In this document: positions 10,670 through 20,290 of the stretch, in pieces
How the letters are laid out: every line of letters starts with the position of its first letter
How positions within the stretch are numbered: the stretch's first letter is position 1
Assembly (NCBI GenBank): GCA_963792585.1
Contig: CAWBWI010000001.1
Span: forward strand, 480,001 to 544,000
Direction: 5' to 3'
From: Candidatus Eiseniibacteriota bacterium
GTDB taxonomy: Bacteria > Eisenbacteria > RBG-16-71-46 > CAIMUX01 > VGJL01
DNA length: 64,000 nt
Notes under the pieces: model-generated
Databases searched by the model: none
Seen by the model: only the letters and a program-made list of their open reading frames with translations
Told to the model about the DNA's origin: nothing
Translations under genes and position numbers: made by a program

Positions 10670-10797
10670 GGAACTCCTGAACCAGATCTCCCTCCCCTCG
10701 TGCTCCTCCCCGCCCGCATGGCGAGCGGGGAGGTCTGCGGGTGCGGATTGTGGGCGCATCGCGGCTCTGTTAGATTCGCCCGGGGAAAGGGGAGGCC

Positions 10798-11925
10798 ATG
10801 GAAGCGGCCCTGTTCTACTCGCCTGCGCAAGCGGAGCTCTCCTACGGCGCTGGCCATCCATTTCAAGTCGAGCGCCTCGCGGACGTCATGCGGATGTGCG
10901 CCGCGCTGGGCTATCTCGGGGACCGGAAGCCCGTGCGACCGATCCCCGCGTCGCGTTTGGAGCTCGAGCGGTTCCACAGCGCCGACTACCTCGATGCGCT
11001 GGCCCGCGCCGACGAATTGAGCCCGCGCGAGCGCCTCGTCTGGGGAGTCGGGACCGAGGACTGCCCGGCATTCCAGGGGCTCTGGGAGTCGTGTCTGCTG
11101 GCGGCGGGAGGAAGCCTCAGCGCCGCGCGCTGGATGCTGGAGGGCCTGCGCTCGGGCATCGCCCGTCAGGCGTTCCATCCAGCAGGCGGCCTCCACCATG
11201 CCCACGCGGACCGCGCCAGCGGCTTCTGCTACGTGAATGACGGCGTCCTGGCCATCCAGGAGTTCGTCGACGCCGGATACCGTGTCCTGTACGTCGACAT
11301 CGACGCCCACCATGGAGACGGCGTCCAGGAGGCGTTCTACGAGAGCGACCGTGTCCTCACGATCTCGGTGCACCAGGACGGGAGGACCCTGTTCCCGGGC
11401 ACGGGCTTCCCGAACGAGATCGGCCGCGGCGCAGGGACCGGCTATGCCGTGAACATCCCCCTCTTGCCGGGGGCCACGGACGAGGACTATGACGCCGTCC
11501 GGGAGACTCTGCTCGAGCCGCTGCGCGCCTGGTTCCTTCCGGATGTCATCGTGACGGAGATAGGCGTCGACAGCATGCGCGACGATCCGCTGACGCTCCT
11601 CGATTGGACCCTCGCCGGGCTCGAGCGCTTCCTGATCTGGTCCCAGCGGAGCGGGACGCCATGGCTCGCGCTCGGAGGCGGGGGCTACCGTCGCTGGAAC
11701 GTGATTCGAGGTTGGACCCTCGTTTGGGCGCGCATGATCGGTGTTGAGCTGCCCGATCGCCGGCCTGCCGAGGACGCGCAGGGACGCCTTCCCGAGGGCT
11801 GGCCGGTGCGACTCTGGGACGAGCCGCCTCCACGCGCGATCTGCGATGCCGGGATGCGCCGCGCGCACCTCGACGAGGTTCGCTCCACCCTGGGCGAACT
11901 GGTGTTCTCACGGATGGGTCGATGA
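10798..11925 (+). CDS. acuC: AcuC-like histone-deacetylase-family (Zn-dependent) deacetylase
   Basis: GHPF, GGLHHA, ASGFCYVND, DIDAHHGDG, FPGTG, GGGGY. Confidence 0.88.
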   Translation: MEAALFYSPAQAELSYGAGHPFQVERLADVMRMCAALGYLGDRKPVRPIPASRLELERFHSADYLDALARADELSPRERLVWGVGTEDCPAFQGLWESCLLAAGGSLSAARWMLEGLRSGIARQAFHPAGGLHHAHADRASGFCYVNDGVLAIQEFVDAGYRVLYVDIDAHHGDGVQEAFYESDRVLTISVHQDGRTLFPGTGFPNEIGRGAGTGYAVNIPLLPGATDEDYDAVRETLLEPLRAWFLPDVIVTEIGVDSMRDDPLTLLDWTLAGLERFLIWSQRSGTPWLALGGGGYRRWNVIRGWTLVWARMIGVELPDRRPAEDAQGRLPEGWPVRLWDEPPPRAICDAGMRRAHLDEVRSTLGELVFSRMGR

Positions 11926-13405
11926 ACGATCGACCGTCAGGTCGCTTTCCGGTGCGGGGGAAACTCCGAATCCGGACGCGGCTGCTCGTCGCCCTTCTCG
12001 CGCTCGCGGCCCTCCTCATCGCCGTCCCGACGGTGTTCCTCGAGGCGCAGGCGCGCCGGTCCCTCGAAGCGGAACTGGCCGCGCGCCTCGAGTCGGTCGC
12101 CGCCGCGGCATCCCAGCAAATCGATCCGTCGCTCGTCGCGCCTCTCCTATCGCTTGGACCCGAGTCCGGGCGCGAACGCGCGCGCGCTTGATCGAACGGC
12201 TCACCGCCCTCAGGCAGGCGACGGGAGTGCGACGGATCTACCTGCTCGACCTCGCGGGACACGATCAGCTCGACACCGATCCGCAGCGCCGTTCCCGGCT
12301 CGGAGCTGCCGCAGGCCCGTGCCCACCGGGGCATGCTCGATCAAGCGGCGCAGGGACGGACGGCCTTCGTCCCCTCTGTTCCGGGATGCGCAGGGCGGCA
12401 TTCGCAAGACCGGGTATGCGTCCGCTTCTCGTCCGCGGACAGGTCGTCGGCTTCGTGGGCATCGAGGCGGACGCACGATTTCTGCGCGAGGTCGGCGCAT
12501 GCGGCGGCAGGATCCTGCTGGTTGGTCTCGTCGGGTTCGCCGCGGCGGCGGGCCTGAGCATCGGGCTCGCGCGCGGTCTGACGCGACCGCTCGGCGATCT
12601 GGTCGAGGCGGCGCGCTCGATGGGGTGCCGGGGACCTCGACCGCCGATTCCGGTCGGCCGCGCCGACGAGGTCGGGTTCCTGGCGCGGACGCTGGATGAG
12701 GCGCGCGGCAAACTGGCCGAACGGGATCGCACGCTGCGCGCGATGGTCGCGGGCATCGCGCACGAGGTTCGCAATCCGCTCGGCGGGATCCAGATCTACG
12801 CGGAGTTGCTCGAGAACGACGCGACGCTCAATCGGCGGCAGACGGAGCGGTCAAGAAGGTCCTGCGACGAGATCCACCGTCTGGGCGAGATCGTGGAGGA
12901 GTTCCTGCCTACGCGCGGCCCCAGGCTCCGGAGCGGCCGGCATTCGATCCCGCCGGTGTCGTCGGGGAGACGACCGACCTGCTGGCCGGGATCGTGGCGG
13001 AACGGGGCGTCGAGGTTTCGGTATAGGCGCCCCTCCGCCGACCGACCCCGATGGTGCTGGCCGATCCGGGCCAGCTGCGGCAGATCCTCCTGAACCTCGT
13101 GCGCAACGCGCTGGAGGCGTCGCCGCGCGGGCGCTCGCATCCTGTCGGTTGGGAAACCCAGGGGCCGACGGTCGCCCTCTGGGTGGAGGATCGCGGACCG
13201 GGAATTCCCATCGAGCAGCGCGAGCGGGTCTTCGAGCCGTTCTTCACGACCAAGGCGGAGGGGGCCGGACTCGGGTCTCTCGATCGTTCGCCACCTCGCG
13301 GAGCAGAACGGCGGCGAGGTCAGCCACGAGCGCGCCGACGGCGGCGGGTGCCGCTTCACGCTGCGGATGGAGACCGGGCCCAAGGAGGGAGGCGGAGTTG
13401 CCTAG
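11922..13405 (+). CDS. HAMP-domain sensor histidine kinase (several frameshifts)
   Basis: TM, periplasmic region, TM, HAMP (DEVGFLA), [36 protein letters not shown] spread across frames. Confidence 0.88.
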
Positions 13406-14803
13406 GAGGGTCTTGGTCGTCGAGGACCAGCAGGTTCTCCGCGAGGGAATCGTCGAGGCGCTGCGGGAGGCGGGCTTCGACGCGTCGGGCGCGCGGGGGC
13501 GTCGAGGAGGCGCTGCGCCTCTTCCAGCTCGATCCCGCCGACGCCGTCGTGACGGACCTGCGGATGGAAGAACCCGACTCCGGGCTGAAGCTGCTCGAGC
13601 GGCTGAAGGGGCTCCAGCCGCTGACCGAGGTCCTGCTGGTGACCGCCTACGGGACGGTCGAGCACGCGGTCGCCGCCATGAAGGCGGGGGCGTCCGACTT
13701 TCTCGTCAAGCCCGTCAATCTCGGGCACCTCATCGAGAAGATCCACGCCATCCTTCGGATTCGCGCCGATCGAGAGGCGCTCGAGCGCGAGCGCGAGCGG
13801 TCGCTCTACCTGCAAGAGGAGATCGACGAACGCTTCAACGATGGCGAGATCATCGGCCGCAGCCAGACGGATGCAGGATCTGTACGCGCGGATCATCAAG
13901 GTCGCCGAGCACCCCGAGTTCGGTCCTCGTGACCGGGGAGAGCGGCACCGGAAAGGAACTCGTCGCCCGCGCGATCCACCGCCTCTCGAGCCGCAGCAGC
14001 GGACCGTTCATCCGCGTCAACTGCGGAGCTCTGGCCGAGGGGGTGCTCGAGAGCGAGTTGTTCGGCCACGAGCGGGGGGCGTTCACGGGGGCCGTGCGCC
14101 AGCGACGGGGGCGATTCGAGCTTGCCGACGGCGGCACGCTCTTCCTCGACGAGATCGGGGAGATCTCGCCCCGCGATCCAGGTGAAGCTCCTTCGCGTCC
14201 TGCAGGACCGGACGTTCGAGCGGGTCGGCGGCGAGAAGACGATCGGCGTCGACGTCCGCCTCGTCGCGGCGACGAACCGCGACCTGCAAGCAGGCGGTCC
14301 AGGATGGGAGATTCCGCGAGGATCTCTTCTACCGGCTCTACGTGATCCCCATCGAGCTTCCCGCGCTTCGCGATCGCCGCGAGGACATCGCGCTGCTCTG
14401 CGACCACTTCCTGGACGACTGTCGCGGCGCAAATGACGAGAAACCGACCGTCTCTCCAGGCCGGGGCACTGAAATTGCTGCAGCAGTACGATTGGCCCGG
14501 CAACGTGCGCGAGCTGGAGAACGTCCTGGAGAGGGCATTCGTCCTCTGCGAGGGAGGCGAGATCCGGGTCGAGGACCTTCCGTTCGGCACGCTGGAGAGA
14601 GCCAGTTCGCAGTGGCTGCCGCCGGGGGTCGTGCCGCTCCGGGAAGCGGTGGAACGCTTGAGCGCGAGCTGACTTCGGCGCGCGATGATGGAAGTCGGAG
14701 GGTGTGAAGCAGGAGGCCGCGCGGAAGGCTCGGACTCAAGCCCAGCGTCCTGTACTACAAGCTGGAGAAATATGGGTTCGCCGAGGAAGAAGATTCGTCA
14801 TAG
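13398..14803 (+). CDS. sigma54-dependent NtrC-family response regulator (several frameshifts)
   Basis: [51 protein letters not shown]-terminal HTH ...LYYKLEKYG. Confidence 0.92.
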
Positions 14804-14837
14804 GGACGCCGTCCGGCGTGGGATTCGAGGCATCGGG

Positions 14838-15698
14838 ATGGGTGGATTCCTGATGCTGACCCTCGGATTCCTGACGACGGGAGCCATTGCCGCGCCTCTG
14901 GACGAGGCTCTCGGCCGTCTCGACCGGCTCGAGGAGCAGCGCGGCGTCTTCCTCGCCCGGGCCGACTCCCTGGGTCGCATTCTCACGGACCTTCCCGATG
15001 AGCGGTCGGATGAGGCAGGACCCCTGCTGCAGCAAGCGAGTGGGGTGGAAGGCGCCGTGCGCACCCTCGATCTGGAGATCTTGCTCCAGCGTGAGCGCTG
15101 TCGTAGCCTCGCCCGGGAGGAGTTGGACAGGCTGCCTCCTGTCGGGACCGATGGGTCGGACCGCGCCGCTCGCCAGCGGCAACTTCAGGAGATCCTCGAT
15201 GGGCGGCTGTCCGAGCCGCTGGGCGGCGACTTGATCCTGGTCGAGCCGGACAGCGCCGACGGCGCCGAGACCCTCCTGGACAAGCGGGCCTACCTCGAGG
15301 ATCTTCAGGAGCGCATCGAGAAGCTCAAGGACCTCTTACGCCGGCGCGAGGAGCGGGCGCGTCGTGAACGGTCCCTGATTCGGGCCAGTGAAGGGTTCCG
15401 AGAACAAGATCAGTTCCTCGACGAAGGGGGTCGTGTCGGATCGGATGAGACGGTGCTTCTGCGGGGGCTTCCGGGGCACGACCCTGACGGCTCGGGACGG
15501 GTTCCCGGATCCGGCGGTTCCGGCGTCACCGAAGAGGCCTTCCCCCGGGGCGTTCCCGATCCCATCGAAACGGTCTCGTACGGCGAGGGGACAGTCCGTG
15601 AGGCGCTCGCGCGTCTCGATGAAGGGCTGACCCGTGTTCGCGCCGCCCTGCTCTCGATCGACGATCTCCTGCGTCGCTTCGAGTCTCCCTCGCGATAG
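14838..15698 (+). CDS. exported coiled-coil hypothetical protein
   Basis: Signal-peptide-like N-terminus (FLMLTLGFLTTGAIAAP); heptad L/E/R-rich helices; start uncertain. Confidence 0.65.
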   Translation: MGGFLMLTLGFLTTGAIAAPLDEALGRLDRLEEQRGVFLARADSLGRILTDLPDERSDEAGPLLQQASGVEGAVRTLDLEILLQRERCRSLAREELDRLPPVGTDGSDRAARQRQLQEILDGRLSEPLGGDLILVEPDSADGAETLLDKRAYLEDLQERIEKLKDLLRRREERARRERSLIRASEGFREQDQFLDEGGRVGSDETVLLRGLPGHDPDGSGRVPGSGGSGVTEEAFPRGVPDPIETVSYGEGTVREALARLDEGLTRVRAALLSIDDLLRRFESPSR

Positions 15699-16776
15699 GC
15701 GCTCCGCGATCGTTCCCCTCCTTCTCATGCTGTGCGCGCTCCTCCTCTGCCCGACGAGCAGCCGGGGAACTCTCCTGCGCGCGAATGCCGGGTGGGGGTG
15801 GGACGACAACGCGCGAGAGGCGATGCTCCGCCAGGAATTCATCTCCGATCGCTTCTTCCGTCTCGCCGCCGAAGGAACCCCGGATCCGCTGCGATGGCGC
15901 CGCTCTTCCGCCGGCATCCGTCTCCGCGGTCTCATGGAGCAGTACGATCGCCTCGCCACCGAGACCCGCTATCAGGGGGACGCGACCCTGGATCTTCAGC
16001 AGGGAATGTTTCGGGGGATCACGGGCTGGGGGTCGGGCTGGATCGAGGGGCGGACCTACCCCGATTCGCTCCGGCGCAGCTTCGTCCGCGGATCGTTCGC
16101 CGGAGGCGTGCGCGCGCCATTCCGGGGCGGGTCGATCGGGCTCGGGGGCGCCGCGCGCGAGATCGATTATCACCGCACCCCGGGCGTCGACCGGCGCAGC
16201 GGTGCGGTGACGCTCGAGTATCGCAGGCCCCTCCGGCATTCCCTGGACGGAAAGCTCTCGGTGGAATTCGAGACGGTGCGGTGGGACCGTCCGGCGATCC
16301 GCCGTACGGGACCCGACCTGTTCGACACGACCGGTCACCAGAGGGATCGCGGGCGCCAGTTCGACGTGGGACTGCGATACCTCCGGGGTTGGTTGTTCGA
16401 GGCGTCTGTGGGAATCGAGTCGATCCGATCCAACTCGTTCGGGTATTCGATTCGCAGGACGAGCCTGGAAGGCGGGGTGACAGGCTGGGTCCCGGGATCG
16501 GTTCTCGTTCAGCTGCGGGGCCGGGTCGAGTCGGTGAAGTACCGAGATCCCGGACTGGACAGGGTCTACATCTTGCCGGCGGGGGAGGATCTCGAAGCAG
16601 CGAAGGACAACAACATCCTGACGCTCCGCCTCCGGCGGGCGCTGCTCCGTCAGGTCGCGCTGGAAGCTCGTTCCTCCTGGTTTCGCAACGAGTCGCTTCT
16701 CGTCGGATATCACTACCGAAAGGCGCTCGCGACCATTGGGCTCGTCTGGACGCCTATCGGGGCGTCCGATTTCTGA
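15634..16776 (+). CDS. putative outer-membrane beta-barrel protein
   Basis: Signal-like segment, then GWGWDDN; many amphipathic strands with aromatic ends; terminal Phe; start may be 15727. Confidence 0.7.
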   Translation: MFAPPCSRSTISCVASSLPRDRRSAIVPLLLMLCALLLCPTSSRGTLLRANAGWGWDDNAREAMLRQEFISDRFFRLAAEGTPDPLRWRRSSAGIRLRGLMEQYDRLATETRYQGDATLDLQQGMFRGITGWGSGWIEGRTYPDSLRRSFVRGSFAGGVRAPFRGGSIGLGGAAREIDYHRTPGVDRRSGAVTLEYRRPLRHSLDGKLSVEFETVRWDRPAIRRTGPDLFDTTGHQRDRGRQFDVGLRYLRGWLFEASVGIESIRSNSFGYSIRRTSLEGGVTGWVPGSVLVQLRGRVESVKYRDPGLDRVYILPAGEDLEAAKDNNILTLRLRRALLRQVALEARSSWFRNESLLVGYHYRKALATIGLVWTPIGASDF

Positions 16777-16846
16777 TGCGGCTCTCGATGGGAATTCGAA
16801 AACCTGATGGACGGTTGCGCGGGGCTCCGGGAGTCAGGTCCAGGGA

Positions 16847-16860
16847 CATGTTCGAACATG
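16847..16860. promoter_or_regulatory. perfect 14-bp palindrome (candidate regulator site)
   Basis: CATGTTCGAACATG. Confidence 0.4.
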
Positions 16861-16904
16861 AAGAATGACAGTCGGTTATGCGAATTCCCCTCAGTTTGGC
16901 GCCA

Positions 16905-16920
16905 TGGCACGGATCCGGCA
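16905..16920 (+). promoter_or_regulatory. sigma54 -24/-12 promoter candidate
   Basis: TGGCACGGATCCGGCA = TGGCACG...GG-N10-GC. Confidence 0.55.
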
Positions 16921-16934
16921 ATAGGAGAACGTCG

Positions 16935-17819
16935 ATGAGATACATCCACTCCATACCCGCGGCAGCAAGAGCCTCCGCAATCCTTGGCCTAGGGCTCCTA
17001 GCACTGGGCTTCCTGGCGGGCTGCTCGGGGGACGGACCGACGGCTCCGGGACGGACTTGGGAAGAGGTCCGGTATCACTGGAGCGCGGGCCAAGGCGGAG
17101 AGAGCCACGGCGACCTGGTCGTCGGTTCCTCCGGGGAGATGGTGTGGAACCTGCAAGGGGAAAGGGCGCCGGATCGGGGCCTCCTGGCGGGTGGGAACCT
17201 GGAGACGCTCACCTGTCTTATCGACGCCCTGCCCCCTGCGGGATACCACGGCCTCCACGATTGCGATCGGACCTTCTTCGTCACCGTCACGACCGGCGGT
17301 GCGCAGCGGTCCTACAGTGCGGGCGCGTGCGATGACGCCGCTCCGGCGTCCCTACGCTCCCTGGCAGCGAATCTCGACGCCCTCGTCAGCGAGGCGACGA
17401 GCCACCGGACGACTGTGGTACCTTTCCGCGTTCTCGCGAGCGGGCTCCAGAGTCGTGTGGTGACGGAAGGCCGCCGTGTGGCAGCCAATCGGGACCAGCT
17501 CCTGTCGATGATGGATCTTTTGGGAAGCGACCGGCCCGCAGCGATCGGCGCCGTCGATTTCCGGAAGGAGATCGTCGTCGGCGTGTTCCTGGGTACCCGC
17601 GCATCTACGGGCTACGCGGTGGACGTCACCGCGGCATACCGGACCGAGAACGGAAAGCTGGTTCTCGTAGAGAACTGGACCGAGCCGGGATCGAATTGCT
17701 CCCTCGCCGCGCAGGTGACGAAGCCGTTCGTACTGCTCGCCGTGACGGCCGGTGCTGGGGAAGACTTTGTCAGCGAAGTGGAGCGCACGATCCGCGATTG
17801 CGGCGCGGGGGCTCCATGA
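16935..17819 (+). CDS. lipoprotein with C-terminal PrcB_C domain
   Basis: Lipobox FLAGC; VDFRKEIVVGVFLGTRASTGYAVDV...PGSNCSLAAQVTKPFVLLAV. Confidence 0.8.
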   Translation: MRYIHSIPAAARASAILGLGLLALGFLAGCSGDGPTAPGRTWEEVRYHWSAGQGGESHGDLVVGSSGEMVWNLQGERAPDRGLLAGGNLETLTCLIDALPPAGYHGLHDCDRTFFVTVTTGGAQRSYSAGACDDAAPASLRSLAANLDALVSEATSHRTTVVPFRVLASGLQSRVVTEGRRVAANRDQLLSMMDLLGSDRPAAIGAVDFRKEIVVGVFLGTRASTGYAVDVTAAYRTENGKLVLVENWTEPGSNCSLAAQVTKPFVLLAVTAGAGEDFVSEVERTIRDCGAGAP

Positions 17820-17983
17820 ATCCGATGTTCGACAGGCCTGCGAGGCAAAGCGCCGGACAGGTCGGGGACGCGGCTGGAAGGACCGGAACAGCTGATCTGA
17901 CGGGATCAAGGCGATTCCTCGGACGACTCATTCCGCTCCACTCGAGGGCTTGCACAACCTAGAAGAGGGGATCACCTTCCGGC

Positions 17984-18544
17984 CTACCCTATGGGCGCGG
18001 GATCCGAGGAATCGGGTCCCGCGTCTTCGTCTTGAGATCCGTCGAGCCGGAACTCCTGCCGAGCGCGCCGCGCCGCTTCGGTAAAGGTGCGTACGATGGC
18101 CACCGAGTGAGTCGCGTTCCAGAAGATGCGGTTACAGCGAGGGCAGGTTCGGTAATGGGTCTGCGTCCGCGCGACGAACTCAGGGACGCGCTCGCGCGCC
18201 CACTCGACCGAGGCCGGGAGGAGCGCCTCGTTGCAGTCCGCGCATCGGCTGAATGGATCCGCAGTGGCGAAGATCGGCCAGGCGCCGGCGATCTCGACGA
18301 GCTGATCGATCAGGCCGTCCGAGTGCAGGACCCGTCCTCCCGAAGGAGGAAGCACGAGGCCCCGCTTCCCAAGTTCTCTGGATCGGGTCAGGAGGCAGCG
18401 TCCCTCTTCTCGAGCCCGCCCCAGCGCCGCCTCGAGTCCGTCTCCCTGGCGCCACGCCGCGTCGTGGCCGAGCAGCCGCAACCAGCGGGCCAGGCGTCCC
18501 AGGGAGCTGTCGAGGGAGAAACGAACGACACTGTTCTGGTTCAC
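17984..18544 (-). CDS. Mut7-C RNase domain protein
   Basis: DSSLGRLARWLRLLGHD, LLTR, FSRCADCN, CPRCNRIFWNATH. Confidence 0.9.
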   Translation of the reverse strand: MNQNSVVRFSLDSSLGRLARWLRLLGHDAAWRQGDGLEAALGRAREEGRCLLTRSRELGKRGLVLPPSGGRVLHSDGLIDQLVEIAGAWPIFATADPFSRCADCNEALLPASVEWARERVPEFVARTQTHYRTCPRCNRIFWNATHSVAIVRTFTEAARRARQEFRLDGSQDEDAGPDSSDPAPIG

Positions 18545-18592
18545 GGGGGGCAGGCTAGCACGAGAAGGGAATCGGTGGAACCTCTTCCCGCA

Positions 18593-18622
18593 TTGACAGC
18601 AACCTCCCAGGTCTCCTACTTT
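18593..18622 (+). promoter_or_regulatory. sigma70 promoter for the scpAB operon
   Basis: TTGACA-N18-TACTTT. Confidence 0.6.
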
Positions 18623-18653
18623 GCCGCTGAGGCGTTCCATCCCCGGGAGGCAC

Positions 18654-19577
18654 ATGACGGAAGGGGTAGTCTATTCGGGAGTCGACCCGGCCCAGTTCAA
18701 GGGCCACCCGGTCGACCTCGAGGTCTTCTCTGGACCCCTCGATCTCCTGCTCCATCTCGTCCAGAAGGAGAGGATCGAGATATGGGACATTTCCATCTCC
18801 CGGATCACCGAGCAGTACCTGGCCCACCTCCGTTCCCTCGAGGCGCTCAACGTGGAGATCGCGGGGGAGTTCCTCGTGATGGCGGCCTCCCTGATGCGGA
18901 TCAAGAGCCAGCAGCTCCTGCCGCGCCCCATCTTCGCGACGGAGGACGCCGATGGGATGCCGGTCACCCGGGACGGGCTCATCCAGAAGCTCCTCGAGTA
19001 CCGGCGTTACCGGGAGGCTGCGGCCTCGCTCCGGACGCTCGAAGAGCAGCGGGCGCGTTGCCTCCCGCGCGGCTATACGCCGGGGCTTCCGAGCGATCAC
19101 CTCTATCCTCTGCGCGAGGCGAGGGTGACCGATCTGGCGACCTACCTCCGCGAAGTGGTTCAGCGGGAGCGTTCGGCTCCCCTTCACGAGGTGCACCTCG
19201 AGGAGATCCGCCTCGAGGATCAGATCGCGCACATCGTCCTCACGCTCGCGGAGCGCGAGGGACCGATACGATTCACGGAGTTGCTGCGCCGCCCCCATAT
19301 TCGGCTCGAGTGGATCGTGACCTTCCTGGCGCTGCTCGAACTCGTTCGGCAGAGAAGCATCTCCGTCCTGCAGGAAGTGCCCTTCGGAGAGATCTGGATC
19401 GCTCCGGCTCCTCCGCCTGAAGCTGCCGTGAACGAGGAGCCGAACGGAACGGAAGGACTTGCGGAGACGCCGCCAACCGAGACGGGCGTCGAGCCCGCTG
19501 AGTCGGTGATCGGCGGCGATCCCGGCGACGCCGGCAGCGCGGTGCAACCCGAGGAACCCAGGGAAGGAGTTTCGTGA
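18654..19577 (+). CDS. scpA: segregation/condensation protein A
   Basis: FSGPLDLLLHL, EFLVMAASLMRIKS, VTFLALLEL, QEVPFGEI. Confidence 0.96.
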   Translation: MTEGVVYSGVDPAQFKGHPVDLEVFSGPLDLLLHLVQKERIEIWDISISRITEQYLAHLRSLEALNVEIAGEFLVMAASLMRIKSQQLLPRPIFATEDADGMPVTRDGLIQKLLEYRRYREAAASLRTLEEQRARCLPRGYTPGLPSDHLYPLREARVTDLATYLREVVQRERSAPLHEVHLEEIRLEDQIAHIVLTLAEREGPIRFTELLRRPHIRLEWIVTFLALLELVRQRSISVLQEVPFGEIWIAPAPPPEAAVNEEPNGTEGLAETPPTETGVEPAESVIGGDPGDAGSAVQPEEPREGVS

Positions 19578-19578
19578 C

Positions 19579-20286
19579 ATGCTGCAGAGGATTCTCGAAG
19601 CGATTCTCTTCGCCGCCGACGGACCGTTGACGATCGAGCAGATCGCGGCCACCGTTCCGGACGTCGGCGCTGACGAGATCCTCTCGACGTTCGACCGGAT
19701 GCGCGACGCCTACGAAACCGAGGGGCGCGGGTGGCGGCTGGAGCCCGTGGCGGGCGGCTGGCAGCTGCTGTCGCATCCGGAGATGTATCCGTACGTCGAA
19801 CGCTTCCTCGAGGGTCGACGCCGTGCCCGACTCTCCCGCGCGGCGCTCGAGACTCTGGCCGTCGTCTCCTACAGGCAGCCGATCACGCGCGGTGAGCTCG
19901 AGGACATTCGCGGCGTCGACTGCGGCGCGGTGCTCCACACGCTGATCGAGCGCGACCTGGTGAGAATCAGCGGACGGGCGCCGACGATCGGCAGGCCCCT
20001 GTTCTACGGGACCACGGAGCGTTTCCTCGAGCACTTCGGTCTGGGTTCGCTGAGCGATCTCCCGCGCTTGGAGGAAATCGAGGCGCTCTGGGCCTCCGAG
20101 GAGGTGCGCACGCAACTCGAGGCCGAACTTGAAAAGCGCTTCGCGGACGTGCTGGCGTCCGCGGGGAACGGCGGCAACGGCGGTGGCAACGGCAATGGCG
20201 ATTCCCAGGCGGCGGACGCCGCCGTCGAGTCGGATCCGGAAGAGGAACCTTCGGCGGTCGACGCCGACACTTCCTCCGAAAGGTGA
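19579..20286 (+). CDS. scpB: segregation/condensation protein B
   Basis: EAILFA, LSRAALETLAVVSYRQPITR, GRPLFYGTT..FL.HFGL. Confidence 0.96.
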   Translation: MLQRILEAILFAADGPLTIEQIAATVPDVGADEILSTFDRMRDAYETEGRGWRLEPVAGGWQLLSHPEMYPYVERFLEGRRRARLSRAALETLAVVSYRQPITRGELEDIRGVDCGAVLHTLIERDLVRISGRAPTIGRPLFYGTTERFLEHFGLGSLSDLPRLEEIEALWASEEVRTQLEAELEKRFADVLASAGNGGNGGGNGNGDSQAADAAVESDPEEEPSAVDADTSSER

Positions 20287-20290
20287 CGCC

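Noticed and set aside
10705..10733. Hairpin CCTCCCCGC...GCGGGGAGG as a riboswitch
   Set aside because: A single stem between divergent promoters with no aptamer consensus
16847..16860. LexA (GAAC-N4-GTTC) box
   Set aside because: The half-sites are in the opposite order (GTTC-GAAC) with no spacer
17843..17875. c-di-GMP-I riboswitch-like GGCAAA...GGGACGC
   Set aside because: Lacks the GNRA loop, the AAAGC continuation and the second stem; lies between convergent genes
17816..17962. 48-aa ORF overlapping the PrcB lipoprotein stop
   Set aside because: No recognisable motif; expected by chance in GC-rich DNA
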